Shown: positions 55,260 through 64,000 of the stretch, in pieces
Numbering within the stretch: position 1 is the first letter of the stretch
Layout: the number at the start of each line of letters is the position of its first letter
NCBI GenBank assembly: GCA_964016885.1
Contig: OZ024744.1
Span: 114,576,001-114,640,000 of the forward strand
Length of the DNA stretch: 64,000 nt
Direction: 5' to 3'
Source of the DNA: Eledone cirrhosa
Taxonomy: Eukaryota
Notes under the pieces: generated by a model
What the model was told of the DNA's origin: nothing
Database searches by the model: none
What the model saw: the letters and a program-made list of their open reading frames with translations, nothing else
Made by a program: the position numbers and the translations under genes

Positions 55260-58200
55260 TATATCCTCCCAAGAACTCCGAGGATAAATCTCAAGGATCA
55301 CAAAAACAATTTTCGCATTGAACTACCTGTTAGATTAATTGCCCCCTCTAAATCTGATCTGGGGGTTGTTAGTAAAGCCATCTTGGATAGAATTATCCCA
55401 CAGGTTAGTTCTAATTGCTCTTCTTTGAACCTAAATTTATGGTTTGGTACTTCTGAGGTGATTGGCTGGTTCAACAAATTGGATAATAAAAACAAACTAA
55501 AATTTATTCAATTTGATATTGCCAGCTACTATTCCTCCATTTCGCCTTCACTTCTCAATAATGCTCTATCTTTCGCACTTAAATATTCTGACATCACCAC
55601 AGATGAACTTCACATCATCCTCACCGCACGTAAAACCATCCTAGAGTTCAACAACGAATATTGGACCAGAGCCGATACCTCTAACAACTTCGACATCACA
55701 ATGGGAGCATCCGATTCATCCCAATTGACTGATTTAATTGGTATCTTCATTTTGAACTCTTTGAGTCGGAAAATTCCTCAACTTCGCGGTGGAATTTATC
55801 GTGACGATGGACTCTTTACTATCCTAAATTGCAATATAGTTAACCTTAATATTATTAAGAACAATATACGTAATCTCTTTAACCAACATAACCTAAAAAT
55901 TGAATTTGATAATAGTATCAAACTAGCTAATTTCTTGGATGTATCTCTTAATCTTGACACTGGCCTATATTACCCTTACCATAAAAACAATGAGAACCTA
56001 AATTATGTTAACTTTAAATCTAACCATCCTACCAATATCAAGAATGCTATAGTTAGTAATATTGGAAAAAGAATATCTAACATATCCTCTAATAAAAACA
56101 TCTTTGATGCTAACGCCAATTACTATAATAACGCACTTTCTAAAGCCGGCTATCCAGATAAAATCAAATATAGTAAAGAAACAAATTCTAGAAAAACTTA
56201 CAGTAGAATAATTAATCATGATCATTCCAATAATTTTAATAAAAGACCTAGATACAAAAACATAATCTGGTATAATGCTCCTTTCTCCATCTCTATTAAT
56301 AATATTCCTAAATTATTTTTTAGTGCCTTAAATAAATGCTTCCCTCCCTCACATATCTATAGTAAAATATTTAACAAACACACCATCAAATTTTCTTATT
56401 CCACATCCTCCAATATTTCCAACATCATCTCTAAACACAACAATAAAATACTAAATACTAAATCTCTTCCTTCCAACATTGAATTTCATAATAACAGTAA
56501 TAGTACTCCCGACGTCATTGTAAACCCTAGGCTAATTTCTGTAAACCCAAATACAACGTCAAACACAACTTCGCTAAATGTTCATAATCCAACTCTAAAT
56601 CAAGAAACTATTATTCCTATTATTCCTATCGCAAACAACTTCTCCAATCCAATTCCTTCTATAGATAACACTAGGTCACTCATTAATAATCTCTCTAATT
56701 GCAACTGCGCATTAAAAATAAATGTCCTCTCAACAACCATTGTCTCGATAAAAACTTAATTTATGAATGTAAAATTATAACTAGCACCAATTCCTTCACA
56801 TATTTTGGCTCCACTTCCACCTCTTTTAAAGCTCGTCTCTATAATCATCATTCATCTTTCAAATACAAACTTAAAAGAACCAACACTGCTCTCTCAGAAC
56901 TCATATGGTCCTTAAAAGACAAAAACATTAAATATACCATCTTTTGGAAGAAGGTTTCTTCTGCATCCTCATACTTGAACAGCTCTCTATCTAAAATCTG
57001 TAATCTCTGCCTAAATGAAAAATTTACCATTATCTCTAACCTAGATTCTATAATAAATAGACGTACAGATTTGTTTTCTATCTGCCTGCATAAATTCCAT
57101 AGAACTTTTCACAAAGTATACAGTTAATATTCAATTCTTTATCAATTTAGAATCTTTTCTCAAAGGCACATATACATACACCTCTTTAAAATATACCCAT
57201 CTTCCTACCATACTTTAAAGGGCATTATACACTCTATAATACTTGTTTACTCATTACCCTCATTCTATCTTCACCTTGTAAAATCCTTCATAATATATAC
57301 ATCTGTTTCTTGACGTTAGAATATTCATCCGCAATCATTATTTTTTTCTCTCTATCATAAATCTTTTTAATCTCAATTTCATCCTTAATTTATTATTTTT
57401 TTCTCCCCATCAACGAACTCATTCTTAATACATATTAACTCTTTATTCGCATATATTATCAATTCCTCCAATATACAAACTTTAACTTCACATTATTTTT
57501 CTCAAATCCTTCTACACACAAACCTTAATAATTTTTCTCTTCGTTAATTTTGAAATTGCCACAATACTTATCAACATACCCTTTTTTGACGTTAGAATAT
57601 TCATCCACAATTATTATTTCTTCTCTCTATCTTCATACATAAATTCCCCTCGTTAATTTTCAAATTCCTTTAATTTATACATTATCTTCCAACGGTTCTC
57701 AACCTCTCTATGTAAACAATATATCTTTCTCTCTGTTATAAAAACTATCTCTTTCTCTCTATCACCCATCTCTCTCTCTCCACCCCTCCCCCTTTTTTTC
57801 ATCCTTTCCACCCCCCCCCCTCCCTAAATAAAATACTTTTTCCTCGCACATATCCTCCTTTCGTTAATTTTCAAATTTTTTTAATTTATACATTATCTTC
57901 CAACGGTTTTCAACCTCTCTATGTAAAACAATATATCTCCTCTCAGTTATAAAAACTATCTCTTTCTCTCTATCACCCATCTCTCCCTCTCATCTCCTCC
58001 CCCTTTTTCATCATTTCCACCCCCCCCCTCTCTAAATAAAATATTTTTCCCAATATCACACATCAATCTAAAACCACTTTTCATATGTTGATTTAAAACT
58101 GCACTATCCACAAGTGTTTTTTAGCCTTCATATCATGTTCTCCTGTTTTATCTGATGAAAACACAAATATTATTGCATGATGATGTTTGTTTTTGAAATG

Positions 58201-58340
58201 CGCATAATAAAATACATGGAACTCCTTTAACCATCTTTTGATCTTATATTATGTATACTCCAGTCCTACAAACTGTAGAGTGCTTCTTATCCGATATCTG
58301 CATTGCTTTATTGTACTACAATAAAACTCACCTCCTACAT
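55260..58340 (+). mobile_element. Naiad-like PLE: 5'-truncated ORF to 57127, 3' UTR with internal duplication, family B terminal repeat
   Basis: RINLKDHK, QFDIASYYSSI, FDITMGASDS, GIYRDDGL, CNC..CPLNNHC, YFGST..F.AR..NH and CNLCLNEK. Ends at (TA)n. Confidence 0.9.
58144..58214 (+). ncRNA. Type I hammerhead ribozyme, family B
   Basis: tgttttat-CTGATGA-...-GAAA-tgcgca-TA-ataaaata. Confidence 0.88.
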
Positions 58341-58366
58341 TATGTATATATATATATATATGTGTG

Positions 58367-58397
<31 letters not shown>

Positions 58398-58414
58398 GTG
58401 TATATATATGTGTG

Positions 58415-58445
<31 letters not shown>

Positions 58446-58521
58446 GTGTATATATATATATGTGTGTATATATATATGTGTATATATATGTGTGTATTTA
58501 TATATATGTGTATATATATAT

Positions 58522-58561
<40 letters not shown>

Positions 58562-58863
58562 GTGTATATACAGGGTAACAAATAATAGTTAAATGCAGTC
58601 CACTTAGGTATAGTCCAGTTATGGTATTCCAGGTAGCTATGAGATTAAAAACTTTATTTGTATAGCAAACCATGTCAATCTTCTTTCCTGATTTATATAT
58701 GTGTATATATATATGTGTATATATATATGTGTGTGTATATATATATATGTGTATATATATATGTGTGTATATATATATGTGTATATATATATGTGTATAT
58801 ATATATATATGTGTATATATATATATATGTGTATATATATATATGTGTGTATATATATATGTG

Positions 58864-58897
<34 letters not shown>

Positions 58898-58967
58898 TAT
58901 GAGTATATATATATGTATATATGTATATATGTATATATATATATATGTGTATATATATATATATGTG

Positions 58968-59004
<37 letters not shown>

Positions 59005-59115
59005 GTGTGTATATATATATATATGTGTATATATATATATATGTGTATATATATATGTGTGTGTATATATATATATGTATATATATATGTGTGTATATAT
59101 ATATATATATGTGTG

Positions 59116-59147
<32 letters not shown>

Positions 59148-59191
59148 TATGTGTATATATATATATGTGTGTGTATATATATATATGTGTG

Positions 59192-59254
<63 letters not shown>

Positions 59255-59263
59255 GTATATATT

Positions 59264-59297
<34 letters not shown>

Positions 59298-59307
59298 TGT
59301 ATATATT

Positions 59308-59338
<31 letters not shown>

Positions 59339-59339
59339 T

Positions 59340-59372
<33 letters not shown>

Positions 59373-59385
59373 GTATATATATATG

Positions 59386-59446
<61 letters not shown>

Positions 59447-59447
59447 T

Positions 59448-59492
<45 letters not shown>

Positions 59493-59493
59493 T

Positions 59494-59538
<45 letters not shown>

Positions 59539-59539
59539 T

Positions 59540-59580
<41 letters not shown>

Positions 59581-59854
59581 TTGATGAAGGACAAACTTTT
59601 TCATATGTAACCCATTTGCAACGCCGCAGCTCCATTATTATCATATTTACACATATATTTTTTCCTCTGCTGCTACACGTCTGTTTCGTTCTTTGTATCT
59701 TTACCCTTTCTAGCAGTCTCTCTCTGTTAGCCTCTTCCTCACCTCACCTTTCACTCACTCATTCTCTGTCACTACCTCTCCTCCTCCCCTTTCTTCCCGT
59801 TTGACCTGTCCGTAATCCTTTTCTCGCGCGTTCTTGGCCAAGCCGGTATGAATT

Positions 59855-59904
<50 letters not shown>

Positions 59905-60257
59905 GCGACTTCACAGAACTTATGTTTGCCGAATTCGCAGACCAGACCCCTTCTTCCTCCCGTTAGACCTGTGCGAAATTCCTTCCTTGCTCACATTTCA
60001 ACCAGGTTTGATGGTCTTTATTCTCTCGTTCACGATTCCACCGAATTTATATTCATAGAAATCTGGGACGTGTTTCTTTCTTCTTCATCACTTTCTGTTG
60101 CTTAAACCATTTTGTTTGTTTACCCTAGCGTCCCCTTTATTTACGTGTCCCAGCGACTTTTTTAGCCGTTGCTCGCACCAACCTGAGGTATATGGCCTTT
60201 AAAGCGATGAAATGCCTACGACGGTTGGAAGGCCACTGATGAAGGACAAACTTTTTC

Positions 60258-60327
<70 letters not shown>

Positions 60328-60391
60328 GTGTATATATATATATATATATATGTGTGTATATATATATATATATGTGTGTATATATATATAT

Positions 60392-60436
<45 letters not shown>

Positions 60437-60458
60437 TGTGTGTATATATATATATGTG

Positions 60459-60526
<68 letters not shown>

Positions 60527-60615
60527 ATGGAAAATTTGAACAGGAACAAAACAGAGATGCAGTACAACGAATGTTTATTAATTTCACGCTCTTGAAAGTG
60601 GGGTGGTGGTGGGGA

Positions 60616-60647
60616 ACGACGTTTCGGGCATAAGCCCTTCTTCAGGT
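60616..60647 (-). ncRNA. Minimal hammerhead candidate, family K
   Basis: ac-CTGAAGA-a-gggc(ttat)gccc-GAAA-cg-TC-gt. Classic PLE-type core, but stem I is only 2 bp. Confidence 0.65.
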
Positions 60648-60767
60648 GAAAAGTGTGTGGGAAGAGAGTTCAAAGGGTGTGTAGGGGAGTAGTGGAGAGA
60701 CATATAGCAAAAAGGGTGTGGGAGGAAACGGTGCGAATGAAATTAAAAATAAAATATATATATATAT

Positions 60768-60849
<82 letters not shown>

Positions 60850-60906
60850 GTTGATTTAAAACTGCACTATCCACAAGTGTTTTTTTACCTTCATATCATG
60901 TCTTCC

Positions 60907-60977
60907 TATTTTATCTGATGAAAACACAAATATTATTGCATGATGATATTTGTTTTTGAAATGCGCATAATAAAATA
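60907..60977 (+). ncRNA. Type I hammerhead ribozyme, family B (solo repeat 60848-61105)
   Basis: tattttat-CTGATGA-...-GAAA-tgcgca-TA-ataaaata. Confidence 0.87.
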
Positions 60978-61108
60978 CATGGAACTCTTTTAACCATCTT
61001 TTGTTCTTATATATTATGTATACTCCAGTCCTACAAACTGTAGAGTGCTTCTTATCCGATATCTGCATTGCTTTATTGTACTACAATAAAACTCACCTCC
61101 TACATATG

Positions 61109-61143
<35 letters not shown>

Positions 61144-61480
61144 TAAGAGCTCCTTTGCCCTTTGACAGGTTTTGTTTTTAGTCCTGCAGGATGTCCAAAG
61201 TCACCCACCTCACCAAGAAACCTTAGTGGGGTTGCCAGTTTAGTCGCCAACGACCCGACCATGGGACAGGTTGTACTGGGATACAATAATTGTCACAAGT
61301 ATAGTGTTTGTACCAGTTTTCAAGTCGCTGGCTGGACTAAAAAGTCACTCGTTCAGCGCATCGGTAGGGGTTCTCCTACATGGATATAAAGTAGTGGCCG
61401 TACTCGAAAACGAGTTGGCAGCCACCATATATATATATATATTATATATATATATATATATGTGTGTGTATATATATATA

Positions 61481-61527
<47 letters not shown>

Positions 61528-61721
61528 GTGTATATATATATATAGAGAGAGAGAATTAGTACATCTACCAACATATGTGTACAAATGTACACCCATGCTA
61601 CCAAATATATATGTTATGTCTTAGTACCTTTGTGGTTCTATGCAGGGGGATGCAGAACAATTATATGAAAGACGTAAAATCAGAAAATTTTAAAATTAAA
61701 AATCAACTTACTAAAATTTTC

Positions 61722-61803
61722 ACTCCAACTAATTAGTTTCTGTAAGGGGATAAATATAGTTACGTAATATAACTATAGAGAATTCCTTACGTCATCAGGG
61801 AGT
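61722..61803 (-). ncRNA. Type I hammerhead ribozyme, family L
   Basis: actcc-CTGATGA-c-gtaagg..tatagtta(tattacg)taactata..ccttac-a-GAAA-ctaattag-TT-ggagt. Confidence 0.87.
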
Positions 61804-62254
61804 CTATTCTCAGCTAAGTTCCCAGGCGATGCGTGGACACTAGGAACCCGTATAAAAATAATAATTCAGTGGATGGAATAAAGCTAGCGAGGACTAAATT
61901 CCAGATCACTGAAAAAATTCACTGCCTCTGGTCAGTGGCAGATTCTAAAGAATCAATCACGTGACACTGAGGTTAATCAGTTAGGAGCGGGGTGGTATTA
62001 TGACAACAGCCTACTACTGCCATGAATCAGCAGTAAATTTTGGCAAGTTTTGCTCAACAAATAATTTGGAGATAATATAGAGAATTAGTACATCTACCAA
62101 CATATGTGTACAGATGTACTTCCATGCTAGCAAATATATATGTAATGTCTTAGTACCTTTGTGGTTCTATGCAGGGGGATGCAGAACAATTATATGAAAG
62201 ACGTAAAGTAAGAAAATTTTAAAATTAAAAATCAACTTACTTACTAAAATTTTC

Positions 62255-62336
62255 ACTCCAACTAATTAGTTTCTGTAAGGGGATAAATATAGTTACGTAA
62301 TATAACTATAGAGAATTCCTTACGTCATCAGGGAGT
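62255..62336 (-). ncRNA. Type I hammerhead ribozyme, family L
   Basis: Second copy, 533 bp from the first. Confidence 0.87.
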
Positions 62337-62493
62337 CTATTCTCAGCTAAGTTCCCAGGCGGTGCGCGGACAATAGGAACCCGTATAAAACCCGTATAAA
62401 ACTATATTTATCCCCTTACAGAAACTAATTAGTTGGAGTGAAAATTTTAGTAAGTGATTTTTAATTTTAAAATTTTCTTATTTTACGTCTTTC

Positions 62494-62527
<34 letters not shown>

Positions 62528-63146
62528 GTATATATATATGTATATATATATGTAAATATATATATGTATATATATATATGTATATATATATGTAAATATA
62601 TATATGTATATATATATATATGTATATATATATGTATATATATATGTATATATATGTATATATATATATGTATATATATATGTATATATATATGTATATA
62701 TATATATTTATATATATATATGTATATATATGAATTAGTTTAGCGAGGTTTTTTATATGAAATCGTGTGTCGAAACAAATATTGTTATACTTGGGGAGGG
62801 TCATATTTGTGTAATATTGCCAGAATTAATAACAGAACACACTCACTGTTTGGTTGGTTTTCGCTTCTCGCTGTCTTTTATATCTGCGATCTAACTTACT
62901 CGGTCCTCCGAGTAAGAATGAGGTAATTATATTGTATTGATTTTTATACAATAAATTTTGCTCTGATACTTACATAGAGCGCTCTTCAATTCTATGACCT
63001 TTTCTGTTTCCAACGGAAATTTCAATACTTATACAGCTCCCAAGGGAATGATCGCAGCATATTCTACATCTTTATGAGATTGGCACCTTCCAGCCCTTTT
63101 AAAGTCGAGCACTCTTCAGTCATAGGATTTTAAACCAATACCGAAC

Positions 63147-64000
63147 ATGGATAAATACCCTTTGGACTACTCTGTAAAGAATATCCCAACACCTTCTAAC
63201 ACTCTCTACACGAAAATACTGATAGACAAAGTAGAGAAGGTTGTTAAAAGAATGAGATGGAAAGCTTTGATTCTCGATGGACAATTTAACACGGATTCTA
63301 CGGAATATTTTGACATCAAAACTCATAAATACCCGCAAAGAGTAAAAGATATGACCGCCTTTGAATTAGACCTAGTTAACCTAATCAACAATATCAATTT
63401 TCGTAAGTACTCTAACCCTTTTCAATCTAAATTATCTAATGATATTTCAACTTTCAAATCTTCTAATAATAAGTTCATCTTCTCCGATAAAACTAAAAAC
63501 CTATATGAAGTTAATAATAATTTACACGACCAACTATTAATAGATAATATCACCTCTAAATACCAAATAGCTAATATAAATACGTACCATAATATAAATA
63601 AGGAAGCTAAAGAATTAGCTGTTTCTTTAAAAATAGATAGTAGGACAGAAAAACTTGCTAAACGTTCTGCGTATATCACCCTTAAAGATCATAAACCCGA
63701 CTTTATTAATCGTCCTAGTTGTAGATTAATCAACCCTGCTAAGACTGATATTGGTCTTGTCAGCAAAAAAATTTTAAATAAATTAAATACACACATTAGA
63801 AGTAAGTCTAAATTACTCCAATGGATAAATAGCTCTTCTGTAGTACATTGGTTTAATAATATTAAAAACAAAATCAGTTCTAGATTCACCCAATTTGACA
63901 TTGTAGATTTCTACCCATCTATTACTCAGACCCTTTTAGCGAAAGCTTTAAATTTCGCTAGAGGGTTTACTAATATCTCCGATATTGAAGAGAATGTCAT
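63147..64000 (+). CDS. Naiad-like PLE polyprotein, intact N-terminus, open to the window end
   Basis: Manual translation: MDKYPLDYSVKNIPTP..KVVKRMRWKA..SDKTKNLY..AYITLKDHKPDF..CRLINPAKTDIG..QFDIVDFYPSI. Absent from the ORF track, presumably because it has no stop in the window. Confidence 0.88.
   Translation, partial: MDKYPLDYSVKNIPTPSNTLYTKILIDKVEKVVKRMRWKALILDGQFNTDSTEYFDIKTHKYPQRVKDMTAFELDLVNLINNINFRKYSNPFQSKLSNDISTFKSSNNKFIFSDKTKNLYEVNNNLHDQLLIDNITSKYQIANINTYHNINKEAKELAVSLKIDSRTEKLAKRSAYITLKDHKPDFINRPSCRLINPAKTDIGLVSKKILNKLNTHIRSKSKLLQWINSSSVVHWFNNIKNKISSRFTQFDIVDFYPSITQTLLAKALNFARGFTNISDIEENV

Larger units (their letters stand above)
61551..62493 (-). repeat. Tandem about 530-bp units with one hammerhead each, plus an inverted partial copy (retrozyme-like), family L
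   Basis: gagaattagtacatctacc at about 61551 and 62080. Inverted piece at 62400-62493. Confidence 0.85.

Noticed and set aside
60178-60257. CTGAGGT...GAAA and CTGATGA-aggacaaac segments (also 59580)
   Set aside because: The cores are incomplete or lack a matching GAAA and stems. At best these are decayed remnants.

Overview
Eukaryotic, gene-free, (TA)n/(CA)n microsatellite-saturated DNA, probably from an octopus or other cephalopod (inferred from the tRNA-derived SINE at 35072 and the RTE LINE style). All real coding potential is transposon-derived and mostly decayed: about 9 Penelope-like element (PLE) pieces (RT + GIY-YIG; Naiad-like, Neptune-like and a third type), RTE LINEs, an R4/Dong-like LINE, a Helitron, a hATm-like transposon and a DD37D (maT) transposon. 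The main hidden signal is RNA structure. By eye I found about 36 type I hammerhead ribozyme (HHR) motifs (stem I-CTGANGA-stem II-GAAA-short stem III-TH-stem I') from about 14 sequence families. They sit in PLE terminal repeats, in head-to-head fold-back pairs and in two retrozyme-like tandem arrays, mostly inserted into (TA)n. About 40-95 nt downstream of the predicted cleavage site, many unrelated families share a covarying bulged hairpin (RYTC-stem-loop-TH-GARY, usually followed by RCT). A looser copy lies about 33 nt upstream of the ATG of a Naiad-like ORF. I do not recognise this motif as described, and it is the best candidate for a new element. Coordinates were read manually and may be off by a few bases.
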